Assembly (NCBI GenBank): GCA_963708025.1
Contig: CAVPSB010000012.1
Coordinates: 288,001 to 352,000 of the forward strand
Source of the DNA: an uncultured Candidatus Rokubacteria bacterium
Lineage (GTDB): Bacteria; Methylomirabilota; Methylomirabilia; Rokubacteriales; DASRDR01
DNA length: 64,000 bases
Direction: 5' to 3'
Below the pieces are notes generated by a model that worked only from the letters and a program-made list of their open reading frames with translations, was not told where the DNA came from and did not search any database. Both the position numbers and the translations under genes were made by a program. Shown here one piece after another: positions 32,801-46,793 of the stretch. Position 1 is the first letter of the stretch, and every line of letters starts with the position of its first letter.

Positions 32801-33690
32801 TCAGGCGACGATGCTGAGGCGGCGCGCCTTCGGCTGCACGAGCAGGTAACCCAGGCCCTGCCAGGTGACGGGTATCGGCGCCCGTCGCTCGCGTCGCCGC
32901 CGGTCGGGCTCGGTCGGCCGCGCCGTCGATCGTCGCTCCTGCCGGCGCCGGTCCCAGGTCACTCGCGCCAGCCCGGGCTCGCCGAGTCGCTCGTCGAGGA
33001 TGCGAAACGTCTCGGTCTCGCCGCTGCGGACGATGACGAGGGGACGGCTGGTCTCGGGCGCCACCAGCGGCTCATCCCGGGGCCCGGTGCGGGCGGCCCG
33101 GATCTGCTGGCCGAGCTGCCGGAGCTCGGACTGGTGGCTGCGAAGCGCCGGGAGGAGAGCCGACGCGGCCTCCTCGACGCTGGCGTTCATCTCGCGCTGG
33201 AGCCGTACCTGCTCCCGCAGGCCGGCGATCGTCGTCTCGCTTCCCTGGATCAGCTGCCGGAGCCGGCGGGTCTGCAGGCCGAGCAGCCCGATGCCGGCCA
33301 CCAGGAGCGAGCCGAGCAGCGCCATCTCCACGCCGCGACTGGTGATGCCCGTCCCGAGGGTGTCGCGCAGTCCCTGTCGCAACACCCGGATGGCCGAGAT
33401 CGAGAGCTCGCCGTGGCCTTCCCGGGGCGCGATGAGCGTGAAGGCCACCCGGTCATCGACACGGACACCCTCCAGGAGATTGTCCGTTCTGACCGGGAAG
33501 TCGGTCTGGCCGGCGCCGAAGAGGTCTTCGATCGGGCCGTGCTCCACCGTGATCCAGCCCCTCGACCGATCGACGGCCACCACCCGGCCCTCTCCGCCGA
33601 GGGCGAGCGCCGGCGTCTCCGCGTGGAGGGCCGGAGGCGAGCATGAGGAGGCCAGCCGGTCACGCTCAGGAGCCAGGCTGTCGAGCGCAT
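32801..33690 (-). CDS. CusF-like OB domain + TM helix + coiled coil + Arg-rich C-terminal domain; apparent frameshift in the N-terminal signal region
   Basis: GEGRVVAVDRSRGWITVEHGPI...LLEGVRVDDRVAFTL is CusF-like; TM LLGSLLVAGIGLLGL; ORF 32801..33583 extends to ATG 33690 only via an indel. Confidence 0.6.
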
Positions 33691-33786
33691 GGCGGATAGC
33701 CTACAACGATCCGGGCCGCCTCGTGCACGGGCGCCCCGGCGGTCCCGTGCCAGGGAAGCGCCGCGCTCCTCGGGGGGGAGGTCGCC

Positions 33787-36911
<3,125 letters not shown>

Positions 36912-36914
36912 GGG

Positions 36915-38131
36915 TCAGCGTCCTTCCGGGGCCGGCGTCACCAGGGCCCCGTCGGTCAGGCGATCCAGCGCGCTCACCGCGACGCGCTCGCCGGCGGCGA
37001 CCCCGCGTACCACCTCGACGAACCCCTGCGCCCTGCCGCCCGAGCTGAACGTACCGCTGCTCGGCCCGGTCCCCCCGGACCACGAACAGCTTCGACACGC
37101 CCGCCTCGGTCCGGACCGCGGCCGCCGGCACCACCGGCGTCGGCGTCGCCCCCGGCAGCTCGATCCGGGCGCTGGCGAACAGGCCCGGCTGCAGCACGCC
37201 GCCGGCGTTGGGCACGATCGCCTCGACGATCAGACTCCGCGCGTCGGCGCGCAGGGCGGGACCGACGTAGGCGATGGCGCCCTCGAAGGCCCGGGCGGCA
37301 TGGCTCTGCACCGTGAACGACACCTTCTGTCCCTTCCGGACCGAGGCCACCGCGACCTCGGGGATGGTCAGCTCGATCCGCAGGGGATCGACGCGCATGA
37401 CCGTCGCCACGCGCGACCCCTTCTTCACGTAGTCCCCGACGGTGACGTGCTTCTCGGCGACCAGACCCGCCGTAGGGCGCCCGGACCACGGTGTCCGCCA
37501 CCGCCTTCCGGGCCAGCGCCACCCGGGCCTTCTGCGCCTGGAGGGTCTGGTAGAGCTGCCGCATCTGGTTCTGCATCTCCTCGTACTGCTCGCGGGCCGC
37601 GATGGCGTCGGCGCGCCGGGTGTCGTACTCCGAGCGGGAGACGATGCCCTGGTCGACGAGCCGCGCGTACCGCTGGTAGTCCGCCTCCGCGCGGTCCATC
37701 ACCGCACGCATCCGCCGCGCCTCGGGGGTCTCCCGGGGGTCGAAGGCGCCGCTCTCGCCGAGCCCCAGCCGGGCCCGCGTCTGCGCCTCGGTCGCCTCGG
37801 CCTCGCGGAGCTGGTTCACCGCGTCCTGCTCGTCGAGGCGGGCCAGCACGGCGCCCGCGCCCACCACCATGCCGCGCTCGATCGGCACCTGGACGATCCG
37901 GCCGTCGAGCTCGGCGGCGGCGTCCGTCCGGGCGTCCGCCGTCAGCGTGCCCGTCACCTCCAGGGTCGTGGGCACGGGCCGCTCCTCCACGGTGGCCGTC
38001 GCCACCGCGATCGGTCCGGGAGCCGGGTCGGGCGCGGCCCTGGTCGCTTCCGAGCTGTCGCAGGCCGCCAGCCACAGCGCCGCGAGCGGCGCCAGGGCGG
38101 CCGTGACGAAGCGGTGGCGTCGTGGACTCAT
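36915..38131 (-). CDS. RND membrane fusion protein (periplasmic adaptor), frameshifts near 37470 and 37025
   Basis: Lipobox LAAC; VTGTL, DGRIVQV..ERG, VRAPYGG, LQPGLFASARI; GGAGGAG RBS before ATG 38131. Confidence 0.88.
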
Positions 38132-38371
38132 CGGACTCTCCTCCCACCGGGACCCGCTCGGCACCGGCAGCCGGCAGATCCGGTCGTCGACGCACGCGCA
38201 CAGCGTGGCGACGGCTCGCGCGGGAATCCGGCTGAGGGCCTCCAGCTCCTTTCCCGTCAGCTCCAGCCCGGCGCGGAGGGCCGTGCCGGCCGGATCGGCG
38301 AAGAACGCCTTGCGGAAGCCCTCGTCGGTGATCAGCTTGCCCAGGGTCTGTTCGACGGCGCGTTGGCTCAT
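38128..38371 (-). CDS. Small (~80 aa) Os1348/NHLP-leader-like protein
   Basis: MSQRAVEQTLGKLITDEGFRKAFFADPAGTALRAGLELTGKELEAL has the D-x-x-FR...DP leader signature; as read it is in frame with the MFP, one indel would give a TGA overlapping the MFP ATG. Confidence 0.65.
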
Positions 38372-38384
38372 GGCGCCGGGAGAC

Positions 38385-38400
38385 TGCAAGGCCCGAGCCC
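38385..38400 (-). promoter_or_regulatory. Sigma54 (-24/-12) promoter
   Basis: Minus strand GGGCTCGGGCCTTGCA: GG and GC separated by exactly 10 nt with TTGCA; sigma54 activator gene nearby. Confidence 0.6.
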
Positions 38401-38494
38401 GGAGCGCGGCCGGACGCAACCTCGCGCCGGGCAACGCGGAGTCGCCCCGGCCCACCGGGTGGCCAGGCCGACTGTCGATGGCCCCGCAGGAACG

Positions 38495-38533
38495 GTTGGC
38501 GATTTCTCTACAGGTTGCCGGGCTATCGGCAAC
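38495..38533. promoter_or_regulatory. Candidate enhancer (UAS) sites for the sigma54 activator
   Basis: Perfect inverted repeat GTTGCCG-N6-CGGCAAC (38514-38533) and a degenerate GTTGGCG-N6 site starting at 38495, 120-160 bp upstream of the predicted start. Confidence 0.5.
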
Positions 38534-38586
38534 TGGCGGGCCACTCAGCGCCCGTGAGGGGGTCTCCCGAGACCCCCCCGATGCTC

Positions 38587-39780
38587 TCAGACGCGGACGA
38601 GGAGCCGGTGCACCAGGAGGCTCGCCAGCCCGGCGACCGCGATCACCAGCCCCATCGGCAGCGCGGTGCCGTCGTGGAGCGCGCCCACGGCGGCGCCGCT
38701 CAGGGCGCCGACGGCGAACTGGATGGTGCCGGCCAGGGCGGCGGCGGTCCCGGCCATGTGGGGGAAGGCCGACAGGGCGCCGGCCATGGCGTTGGCGCCG
38801 ATGAAGCTCAGGGACGTCATGAAGCAGAAGATCGGGACGACCAGGCCGGGCAGTCCCCCGAGTCGGGCGACGGCGACGACGGCAAGCGCGCCACCGGAGA
38901 CCGCGGCGGCGGTGACGCCGAAGCGCAGGAGCGAGTCGGCGCCGAAGCGCAGGACCAGGCGGCTGTTGAGCGCGGCCCCCGCCATGAGGCCGAGGACGTT
39001 CAGCCCGAACAGGAAGCCGTAGCGCTGGGCCGGGATCCCGTAGAGCTGGATGAACACGAAGGGCGAGCCGGCGAAGTAGGCGAACATCCCGGCGTACGCC
39101 GACGCGCTCGCCAGGGCGTAGCCGAGGAACCGGCGGTGTGACGCCAGCTCGGCGTACCGGGCCAGGACGTGGAGGAGGCTTCCCCGCGAGCGGCGGCCGG
39201 GGCCCAGCGTCTCGGGCAGGCCGAGCCCGGCGGTGGCCAGGCACAGGACGCCGAAGGCGCTCAGGGTCCAGAAGATGGCGCGCCACCCGACGGTCACCAG
39301 GAGCTGGCCGCCGAGCAGCGGGGCCAGGAGCGGGGCGGCGCCCATCACCAGCATCAGGAGCGACAGCATCCGCGCCGCCCGGTCCCGCTCGTAGACGTCC
39401 CGCACGATGGCGCGCGCGATCAGGGGCCCGGCGCAGGCGCCGAGCCCCTGGAGCAGCCGGAGCACGATCAGGAAACCCACGCTCGGCGAGAGGGCGCAGA
39501 GGGTGCTGGCCAGGACGTACAGGCCGACGCCGCCGAGCAGCGGGGGCCGGCGCCCCCACCGGTCGGCCAGCGGGCCGTAGACGAGCTGCCCGGCGCCGAA
39601 GCCGACGAAGAAGGCGCTCAGCGTGAGCTGGACCCGGCTGGGACTGGTCCCGAAGCTGGCGGCGAGCGCCGGCAGGGCGGGGAGGTACATGTCGATCGAC
39701 AGCGGCCCGAAGGCCGTGAGCATGCCCAGAACAACCGTGAACCGGCGCGGAGACGGCGGGGCGGCCGCGGACGCTGTCAT
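38587..39780 (-). CDS. Bcr/CflA family MFS drug-resistance transporter
   Basis: PLSIDMYLPALP, GQLVYGPLADRWGRRP, ARAIVRDVY, PETL. Confidence 0.93.
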   Translation of the reverse strand: MTASAAAPPSPRRFTVVLGMLTAFGPLSIDMYLPALPALAASFGTSPSRVQLTLSAFFVGFGAGQLVYGPLADRWGRRPPLLGGVGLYVLASTLCALSPSVGFLIVLRLLQGLGACAGPLIARAIVRDVYERDRAARMLSLLMLVMGAAPLLAPLLGGQLLVTVGWRAIFWTLSAFGVLCLATAGLGLPETLGPGRRSRGSLLHVLARYAELASHRRFLGYALASASAYAGMFAYFAGSPFVFIQLYGIPAQRYGFLFGLNVLGLMAGAALNSRLVLRFGADSLLRFGVTAAAVSGGALAVVAVARLGGLPGLVVPIFCFMTSLSFIGANAMAGALSAFPHMAGTAAALAGTIQFAVGALSGAAVGALHDGTALPMGLVIAVAGLASLLVHRLLVRV

Positions 39781-39796
39781 CCCGCCCGCCCGAGCG

Positions 39797-39988
39797 TCAG
39801 CGTCCTTGGGGTGCCAGAGTCATGACCGATGAATCGAGTTCTCCGGCCGGGGGCGGGGCCGAGGAGCGAGCAGCGCTAGGACGCAGGGAGTCGCCGACCG
39901 CAGGCGTACTCCGAGTACGCCGAGGATCGGCGACGACCCCAAAGGCCGAAGGCCGTCCGAACGACGACGCGATGCGAAGCTCATCGCC
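39797..39988 (-). repeat. Intergenic structured repeat family C, copy 2
   Basis: Reverse complement contains the same core as 7217-7434, with a GGCCTTCGGCC insert. Confidence 0.92.
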
Positions 39989-39995
39989 CCGCCCG

Positions 39996-42107
39996 CTACT
40001 CGAGGCCGAAGCGCTTCATGCGCGTGTATAGCTGGGAGCGCGTCAGGCCGAGGAGCCGGGCGGCGCGGGACTTGTTGCCCTTGGCCCGGCCGAGGGCATC
40101 GACGACCATCTGGCGCTCCCACTCGGCGAGCGAACCCCCTCCCGGCCCGATCGCGGCGGAGGGCGGTGGCGGGGCGTCGCGGTCGGCCACGGGCCCCGGC
40201 CCCCCGAGCCCGAGATCGGCGGCGGTGATCAGCGTGCCGTCCTCCCCCTCCTGGAGGATGAGCGCCCGCTCCACGGCGTTGGCCAGCTCCCGGATGTTGC
40301 CGGGCCACGGATGTGCGAGCAGCGCCTCCCGGGCGTCCCGGGAGAGCCCCGGCTCGCCCTTTCCCATCCGGGCGCCGATCGTCCGCACGAAGTGGTCGGC
40401 CAGCAGCAGGACGTCGTCCCCGCGCTCCCGCAGGGGCGGGAGGTGGACGCTGACCACGTTCAGCCGGTAGAAGAGGTCCTCGCGGAAGCGGCCGGCCGCC
40501 ACGGCGGCGGCGAGGTCCCGGTTGGTCGCGGCGATGAGCCGGACGTCCGCCCGGAGGGTGGCGGTGCCACCGACGCGCTCGAACTCGCGCTCCTGGAGGA
40601 CCCGCAGGAGCTTGACCTGGACCGCCTGGGACAGCTCCCCGACCTCGTCCAGGAACAGGCTGCCGCCCGCCGCACGCTCGAAGCGCCCGGGGCGCTGGCG
40701 ATCGGCGCCGGTGAAGGCGCCCCGCTCGTGGCCGAACAGCTCCGACTCGAGGAGCGTGTCGGGCAGGGCCGCGCAGTTGACGGCCACGAACGGCCCCTCG
40801 ACCCGGCCGCTGCCGTGGTGGACGGCCCGGGCCACCAGCTCCTTGCCGGTCCCGCTCTCCCCGGTGATGAGGACCGTCGTGTCGGTCGGCGCGACCTTGG
40901 CCGCCCGGGCCAGCGCCTCGCGGAGGCTGGGGGCCCGCCCGAGGATCCGGTCGAAGCCGTAGCGCTCGTCGAGCGCGCTCTCCAGCGATTCGACCCGTCG
41001 CTCCAGGCGGCGGGCCCGGCCTTCCGCCAGGGCGAGCCGCCGCTGCTCCTCGGCCAGGCGCTGGTGCTGGAGGGCGAGGACGAGCTGGCCGGCGATGCCG
41101 GTCGCCAGCTCGACGTCCGCCGGGTCGAACCAGTGCGGCTGCCGCTTGCCGAAGTACAGGCCGCCGCCGACGCGCTCGCCGAACCAGAGCGGCACGGCCA
41201 TGCACGACCGTCCCCCGTTGTCGAGGATGCGGCGGTCACCGGGGCGGTCCGGGTCCAGCTCCTCGAGCGCGTCGCGGATGATGATCGCCTCTCCGGCCTC
41301 GACCCTGGCGGCGAAGGAGAAGTCGTCGAGGAGCATCCGCGGGGGCCTCCGGTCGTCGGTCGCCGCGTAGTCCACCTCGGCCAGCATCTCCAGCTCGCGG
41401 CCGCTCGAGGACAGGAGCCCGATGCCCATGATGTCGAAGTCGAGCACCGGGCGCACCTCCTCGGCCAGCCGATCGAAGACCTCCTGCACGTTGAGGCTGG
41501 CCCCCAGCACCTGCATGAGCTTCTGGACGGCTTGCAGGCGGCGCCGGCGCCGGCGCTCCCGGTGGAGGAGGACGGTGCTCTCGATGAAGGGCCCGATGAG
41601 ATCGGCCACCTGGCGGCTGGCGGCCAGGTGCGCGTCGGTGTAGGCGTGAGGCGCGAGGCTGGTGAACACGAGGGCGCCGACGACCCGTCCGCCGCTGTCG
41701 AGCGGGAGGACCAGCCCCGAGCGCAAGGTCTCCCGCACCCGGGTCTCGTGGGCGTTGGGGCGGGCGAAGCGGGGGTCGGCTCGAAAATCGTCGATCCGCA
41801 TCGGCTGGCCGCCGAAGACGTCGCGGATCGCCCACTCCGCCACCACGTACCGGCCGGCGGGGTTGAGCGTCGTCGTGTAGTGCTCCTCGTGAAGCGTCAG
41901 ATCGGGGGCGGCGTGCTCGGCGAAGACGGTGAAGGTCCGGCCGTCGTCGTCCAGGTGGTCGAGGACCAGCCGGTCGTGGGGCACCAGCCGCTGGATCTTC
42001 GCCGAGAACTCCGCCAGGAAGCGCTGCGGATCGAACTTCTCGTGCATCGAGCGGCCGAGGGCGGCCAGCGACGCGACCAGATCGGCGAGCGCGGCCTGGG
42101 TCTCCAT
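39996..42107 (-). CDS. Sigma54-dependent enhancer-binding protein with two N-terminal GAF domains (NifA/FhlA-like)
   Basis: [48 protein letters not shown]-terminal Fis [14 protein letters not shown]. Confidence 0.93.
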   Translation of the reverse strand: METQAALADLVASLAALGRSMHEKFDPQRFLAEFSAKIQRLVPHDRLVLDHLDDDGRTFTVFAEHAAPDLTLHEEHYTTTLNPAGRYVVAEWAIRDVFGGQPMRIDDFRADPRFARPNAHETRVRETLRSGLVLPLDSGGRVVGALVFTSLAPHAYTDAHLAASRQVADLIGPFIESTVLLHRERRRRRRLQAVQKLMQVLGASLNVQEVFDRLAEEVRPVLDFDIMGIGLLSSSGRELEMLAEVDYAATDDRRPPRMLLDDFSFAARVEAGEAIIIRDALEELDPDRPGDRRILDNGGRSCMAVPLWFGERVGGGLYFGKRQPHWFDPADVELATGIAGQLVLALQHQRLAEEQRRLALAEGRARRLERRVESLESALDERYGFDRILGRAPSLREALARAAKVAPTDTTVLITGESGTGKELVARAVHHGSGRVEGPFVAVNCAALPDTLLESELFGHERGAFTGADRQRPGRFERAAGGSLFLDEVGELSQAVQVKLLRVLQEREFERVGGTATLRADVRLIAATNRDLAAAVAAGRFREDLFYRLNVVSVHLPPLRERGDDVLLLADHFVRTIGARMGKGEPGLSRDAREALLAHPWPGNIRELANAVERALILQEGEDGTLITAADLGLGGPGPVADRDAPPPPSAAIGPGGGSLAEWERQMVVDALGRAKGNKSRAARLLGLTRSQLYTRMKRFGLE

Positions 42108-42117
42108 GGTCTCTACG

Positions 42118-42145
42118 ATGATACGCGCGCCTCCCGACCCGTCAA
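42118..42145 (-). promoter_or_regulatory. Sigma70 promoter of the activator gene (near-leaderless transcript)
   Basis: Minus strand TTGACG-N16-TATCAT ending 10 nt before ATG 42107; no Shine-Dalgarno in between. Confidence 0.55.
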
Positions 42146-42281
42146 ACCCGGGCCCTTGGCGGCTCTTGACAGCCGCGCGCGCTGTGCGGTATTGAGGGGA
42201 AACCGAATCTCGAACCAGAACACCCGCCGAGCAGTGGTTCTCGCCGAGTTCGGCGGCTCCAGGTTCGAACAGCGGGGCGAA

Positions 42282-43316
42282 ATGTCGATGCGGCGGCGAA
42301 AACAGGCGATCCAGACCGGCGGACGCCCGGCGGGCGGGGCCGGGCTCCACGTCCACCTCCTCAACGCTCCCGACATCGCCGCCTACTGGTTCGATCCCGA
42401 CCGGCTGCGCGGCCAGGTCGCGAAGGCCCTGGGGCCCCGGCGGCCGGTCCGGATCACCGTGAGCGAGGATCCGGGCGACGTGCCGCCGGACATGCGCGCG
42501 GCACACGTCCTCGTCGGGTTCGACCTGCCCACCCACCGGATCGCGGAGCTGGCTGACCTGCGCTGGATCCATCTCGTGAGCGCGGGGGTCAATCACCTCC
42601 TCCCGCTCGACTGGCTGCCACCGGGCGTCGCGCTCACCAACTCCAGCGGGGTCCACGCCGAGCTGGCTGGCCAGTACGGGGCGGCGGCGCTGCTGGCGCT
42701 GAACTTCCGGATGCCGGCGCACGCGACGAACCAGCGCCGCGGCCGGTGGGATCAGGTCTTCAACTCCCCGATCGGCGGCAAGACCGTGGTGCTCATCGGG
42801 CTGGGGGCGATCGGCGGCTCGGTGGCGCGTCAGGCCAAGCGGCTGGGACTCCGGGTGCTCGGGGTCCGGCGGAGCCGGCGCCCGCACGCCCACGCCGACC
42901 GGGTCGTCGGCCCCGCCGGCCTGGCCGACGTCCTGCCCCAGGCCGACTTCGTCGTCGTCACGGCGCCGCTGACGCCGGAGACCCGCCATCTCCTTGGCGC
43001 CAAGGAGCTGGATCGTCTGAAGCCCGCGGCCGGGGTGGTGAACATGTCGCGGGCGGGCCTGGTTGACTACGAGGCGCTGGCCCGGAAGCTGGAGGCCGGC
43101 GAGCTGAGCGGGGCCATCGTGGACGTCCTCGACCCGGAGCCGTTTCCTCCCGGCGACGCGCTCTGGCACACGCCGAATCTGATCGTCACGCCGCATATCT
43201 CCTCCGATCCCGTCGATTACGTCGAGCGCATGAGCCGGATTTTCGTGGACAACCTGGGCCGCCTCCTGGCCGGCCGGCCCCTCCGCAACCGCGTGCTGCC
43301 GGACCGCGGGTACTGA
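42282..43316 (+). CDS. D-2-hydroxyacid dehydrogenase family protein
   Basis: SAGVNH, GLGAIG, PLTPETR, VNMSRAG, DVLDPEP, TPHIS; TTGACA at 42166 upstream. Confidence 0.9.
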   Translation: MSMRRRKQAIQTGGRPAGGAGLHVHLLNAPDIAAYWFDPDRLRGQVAKALGPRRPVRITVSEDPGDVPPDMRAAHVLVGFDLPTHRIAELADLRWIHLVSAGVNHLLPLDWLPPGVALTNSSGVHAELAGQYGAAALLALNFRMPAHATNQRRGRWDQVFNSPIGGKTVVLIGLGAIGGSVARQAKRLGLRVLGVRRSRRPHAHADRVVGPAGLADVLPQADFVVVTAPLTPETRHLLGAKELDRLKPAAGVVNMSRAGLVDYEALARKLEAGELSGAIVDVLDPEPFPPGDALWHTPNLIVTPHISSDPVDYVERMSRIFVDNLGRLLAGRPLRNRVLPDRGY

Positions 43317-43428
43317 GAGCGTGCGAAGGAATGGATCCTCCGACTCCCGCCTCCCCCCGGCCAAAGGCCGAAGGCCGTCGCCAAAGGCCGAAGGCCGTCC
43401 AAAGGATCGGGTGGGCGGGAGGTCCCGA
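43315..43428 (+). repeat. Intergenic repeat family B, copy 4
   Basis: Starts in the TGA stop (TGAGAGCGTG), two CCAAAGGCCGAAGGCCGT modules, ends GGAGGTCCCGA just before ATG 43432. Confidence 0.9.
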
Positions 43429-43431
43429 CCA

Positions 43432-44052
43432 ATGATCGCGGTCACCACCAAGGAGCTGGACGTCCTCGACCGGCGGATCATCGTCCAGCTCCAGGAGGAC
43501 GGCCGGCGCTCCAACGTGGCGATCGCCCGGGCCCTCGGCGTGACCGAGACCACCATCCGGCACCGCATCGACCGGCTGATCGCCAACGGCTTCATCCGGA
43601 TCGCCGCCGTGATCGACCCGCGGAAGACCCCGTACCTGACCGACGCGATGATCTGGATCCGGCTGGAGCGCGGCCACGCGCGCGAGGCGGGTGAGCATCT
43701 CGCCGCGCTCCCCAACGTGGTCTACGTCGCGTACACGGCCGGCCGGTACGACATGCTCATCGAAGCCCTCTTCGAGTCCGACGAGCAGCTCTTCGAGTTC
43801 CTGACCGGCACGCTGGCGAGGGTCCCGGGGGTGATGCAGAACGAGACCTACCACGTGCTGCAGACCGTGAAGATCAACTACGACTGGAAGCTGCCCCTCG
43901 ACCACGACGACGCCGGGCCGCGGGACGCGCGGAACGGGCGCCCGCGGGCCGGGCGAGGCCCCGCCGCGACCCCGATCCGGACCCGGCCCGCCGCCCACGG
44001 CTCCGCCGCCGGGCGCCGCTCTCGAGCGACCAACAAGGAGGACCGACGATGA
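43432..44052 (+). CDS. Lrp/AsnC family transcriptional regulator
   Basis: [52 protein letters not shown] domain; low-complexity tail. Confidence 0.92.
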   Translation: MIAVTTKELDVLDRRIIVQLQEDGRRSNVAIARALGVTETTIRHRIDRLIANGFIRIAAVIDPRKTPYLTDAMIWIRLERGHAREAGEHLAALPNVVYVAYTAGRYDMLIEALFESDEQLFEFLTGTLARVPGVMQNETYHVLQTVKINYDWKLPLDHDDAGPRDARNGRPRAGRGPAATPIRTRPAAHGSAAGRRSRATNKEDRR

Positions 44053-45269
44053 CGTTGCCTGCCGATCTCTTCGCGCCGGAGAACTTCGCCGCGACGCGGC
44101 GGCCCATCCGGGAGGCGCAGACGCTGGCGCCGTACGCCTACTGGTCCCCGGAGTTCTACGCGCGCGAGGTGGAGCGGATCTTCCTGCGGGAGTGGCTGTG
44201 CGTGGGGCGGGCCGAGCAGGTGCCGAAGGCGGGGGACTACTTCACGGTGGAGCTGTTCGGGCGGCCGCTGATCGTGGTCCGGGACAAGGCGGGACGAGTC
44301 CGGGCCCACGTGAACTCGTGCCGGCATCGGGGGACCGAGATCGTGGCCGGCGACGGGCAGTGCACGGCGTTCCACTGCCCATACCACAACTGGACGTACG
44401 CGCTGTCGGGAGAGCTGCTCGGCACGCCGGAGATGGAGGAGGCGGTCGCCTTCGACAAGGGGGACTACGGGCTCCTGCCGGTGAAGCTGGAGACGTGGGG
44501 CGGGTTCCTGTTCGTGAACTTCGACCCGGCGAGCGCGCCGCTCCTGTCGGTGCTGGGCGACCTGCCCAAGCTGATGCGGAACTACAAGATGGAGGAGCTG
44601 GTCTGCACGCGGCGGCAGAACTACGAAGTGTTGTGCAACTGGAAGGTGTACGTCGAGAACGCGATGGAGGAGTATCACACGCCGACGGTGCACAAGTCCC
44701 AGTACACCGAGCGGGTGCCGCTGGAGTCGTGGGTGGTCGAGGAGACGCGCGGGCTCTACGAGGTCCTCTACACCGAGACCAAGGGCAGCCTGGCCCTCCT
44801 CGGCGACGAGGGCTTCCCGCCCATCCCGGGGCTCTCGCAGAAGGAGCTGATCGGCTCGTACATCCCCTACGTGTACCCCACGCTGGTCTTCCTCATCTCC
44901 CCCGACACCATGTTCTACGTGATCGTCGAGCCCCAGGGGCCCGAGCACTCCACGATCCGGATGGGGAACTGCTTCGCCGTCTCCACCGTCGCCCGGCCGG
45001 ACTTCGAGGCGACGGCCAAGCGGTACTACAACCGGACGAGCACCACGCTGCCCCAGGACAACAACGCCTGCGCCACGCAGCAGCGCGGCATCCGGGCCCC
45101 CGGCGCCCGCCCCGGCCGCTACTCCATGCGCGAGCAGCTCGTCCACCACATCGCCAACTACGTCCTGGACCGGCTGCTGGGCCCGGGCCCGCTCCAGACC
45201 TCCGGTGGCTCGGTCGAGCGGTGGGGCTGGCGCAAGCTGCCGGCGGACGCCGTCCGCCTCGGCGCCTGA
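44049..45269 (+). CDS. Rieske non-heme iron oxygenase alpha subunit (choline/carnitine monooxygenase-like)
   Basis: Rieske CRH...CPYH; NWKVYVENAMEEYHTPTVH; distal QDNNAC. Confidence 0.9.
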   Translation: MTLPADLFAPENFAATRRPIREAQTLAPYAYWSPEFYAREVERIFLREWLCVGRAEQVPKAGDYFTVELFGRPLIVVRDKAGRVRAHVNSCRHRGTEIVAGDGQCTAFHCPYHNWTYALSGELLGTPEMEEAVAFDKGDYGLLPVKLETWGGFLFVNFDPASAPLLSVLGDLPKLMRNYKMEELVCTRRQNYEVLCNWKVYVENAMEEYHTPTVHKSQYTERVPLESWVVEETRGLYEVLYTETKGSLALLGDEGFPPIPGLSQKELIGSYIPYVYPTLVFLISPDTMFYVIVEPQGPEHSTIRMGNCFAVSTVARPDFEATAKRYYNRTSTTLPQDNNACATQQRGIRAPGARPGRYSMREQLVHHIANYVLDRLLGPGPLQTSGGSVERWGWRKLPADAVRLGA

Positions 45270-45295
45270 CCCGACCGCGGCAGGGAGGCTCGACG

Positions 45296-46645
45296 ATGAG
45301 CGACTCCATGGAGCTCCTCGACCACTCGCTCCGCAAGCGGGGCGTCAAGTACTGTCTGGCCAGTTACGTCGATCTGCACGGCGTGTCCAAGTGCAAGGCG
45401 GTGCCGATCCCCCACCTCGGCCGGATGCTGCGGGCCTCCGAGATGTTCACGGGGGCGGCCCTCGACGGCGTCCCCCAGGCCGTCCACGACGACGAGGTGT
45501 GCGCGAAGCCGGACCCGGGCTCGGTGACGGTGCTGCCGTGGAACCCGGAGGTTGCCTGGTTCGCGAGCGACCTCCAGCTCCACGGCGCGCCCTTCGAGGG
45601 GTGCAGCCGGGGCATCCTCCGGCGGGCGCTGGCCCAGGCCGCCGACATGGGATTCCGCTTCAACCTCGGCATCGAGACCGAGTTCTGCGTCTTCCGCCGC
45701 ACCGCCGACGGCGGGTTCGCGGTCCCCAGCGAGCGCGACGCGCTCGACAAGCCGGCCTATGACGTGCGGACGCTTCTGGACTACTACCCGTTCCTCGACG
45801 AGCTGGTGGGGGCGATGAACCGACTCGGCTGGGACGTCTTCTCCTTCGACCACGAGGACGCGCCCGGGCAGTTCGAGACCGACTTCGCCTATGCCGACGC
45901 GCTCGTCATGGCCGATCGCTTCACGTTCTTCCGCTTCATGGCCCACGAGATCGCGCGGAAGCACGGGGCCTTCGCCAGCTTCATGCCGAAGCCTCTGGCG
46001 AACCGCACCGGGAGCGGGGCCCACTTCAACATGTCGCTGGCCGACCTCCGCACCGGGGAAAACCTCTTCGAGGACCAGGCCGATCCCCGGGGGTGCGGCC
46101 TGTCCAAGCTCGGCTACCAGTTCATCGCCGGCGTCCTGCGCCACGCCCGGGCGATCTGCGCGGTGGCGGCGCCGCTGGTCAACAGCTACAAGCGGCTCGT
46201 GCTCAAGGGCAGCATGTCCGGTTACACGTGGGCGCCGGTCTACGTCTGCTACGGCGGGAACAACCGGACCAACATGCTGCGCATCCCGATGGGGGGCGGC
46301 CGCGTCGAGTGCCGAGCGCCGGACATCGCCTGCAACCTCTACCTGGCCGCGGCCATGATGGTGACGGCCGGGCTGGAGGGCATCCGGGAAGCCCTCGATC
46401 CCGGGGCGCCCCACATGGAGAACATGTACGAGTACTCGGAAGCCGACCTCCAGCGGCTCGGCATCGGGGTGCTCCCGCGCACGCTCCTGGAAGCCGTGGA
46501 GGCCTTCGCGGCCGACCCGCTGAGCCGCGACGTCTTCGGGGACCTGCTGTACGGGGCCTTCATCGACTTCAAGCGCCGGGAGTGGGCCGACTACCACAAC
46601 CACGTCTCCGACTGGGAACTCAAGCGTTACCTCACGATGTTCTGA
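45296..46645 (+). CDS. glnT: Type III glutamate--ammonia ligase (GlnT / gamma-glutamylmethylamide synthetase-like)
   Basis: VKYCLASYVDLHG, GIETEF, DHEDAPGQFE, FMPKP, GSGAHFNMSL, NSYKRL, NNRTNMLRIP. Confidence 0.8.
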   Translation: MSDSMELLDHSLRKRGVKYCLASYVDLHGVSKCKAVPIPHLGRMLRASEMFTGAALDGVPQAVHDDEVCAKPDPGSVTVLPWNPEVAWFASDLQLHGAPFEGCSRGILRRALAQAADMGFRFNLGIETEFCVFRRTADGGFAVPSERDALDKPAYDVRTLLDYYPFLDELVGAMNRLGWDVFSFDHEDAPGQFETDFAYADALVMADRFTFFRFMAHEIARKHGAFASFMPKPLANRTGSGAHFNMSLADLRTGENLFEDQADPRGCGLSKLGYQFIAGVLRHARAICAVAAPLVNSYKRLVLKGSMSGYTWAPVYVCYGGNNRTNMLRIPMGGGRVECRAPDIACNLYLAAAMMVTAGLEGIREALDPGAPHMENMYEYSEADLQRLGIGVLPRTLLEAVEAFAADPLSRDVFGDLLYGAFIDFKRREWADYHNHVSDWELKRYLTMF

Positions 46646-46790
46646 GAGCGCGAAGGAATCGGGTTGTCCGGCTCCCCCCTCCCCCGGTGGCCGCCGGAGG
46701 GGCGGGACGTCGCGAGGGCCGTAGGCCCGAGCCGTCCCGGCGATCCGGTCGAACGGGAGGGGGGCTGGGGGGGTAGGTGGGAGGTCCCGA
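46644..46790 (+). repeat. Intergenic repeat family B, copy 5
   Basis: TGAGAGCG start at the stop codon; GGCCGTAGGCC module; ends GGAGGTCCCGA 3 nt before ATG 46794. Confidence 0.9.
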
Positions 46791-46793
46791 TCG

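Noticed and set aside
39996-43715. 1239-aa sigma54 activator as listed in the ORF track
   Set aside because: The first ~536 codons are antisense to two real genes; promoter and domain structure support a start at 42107
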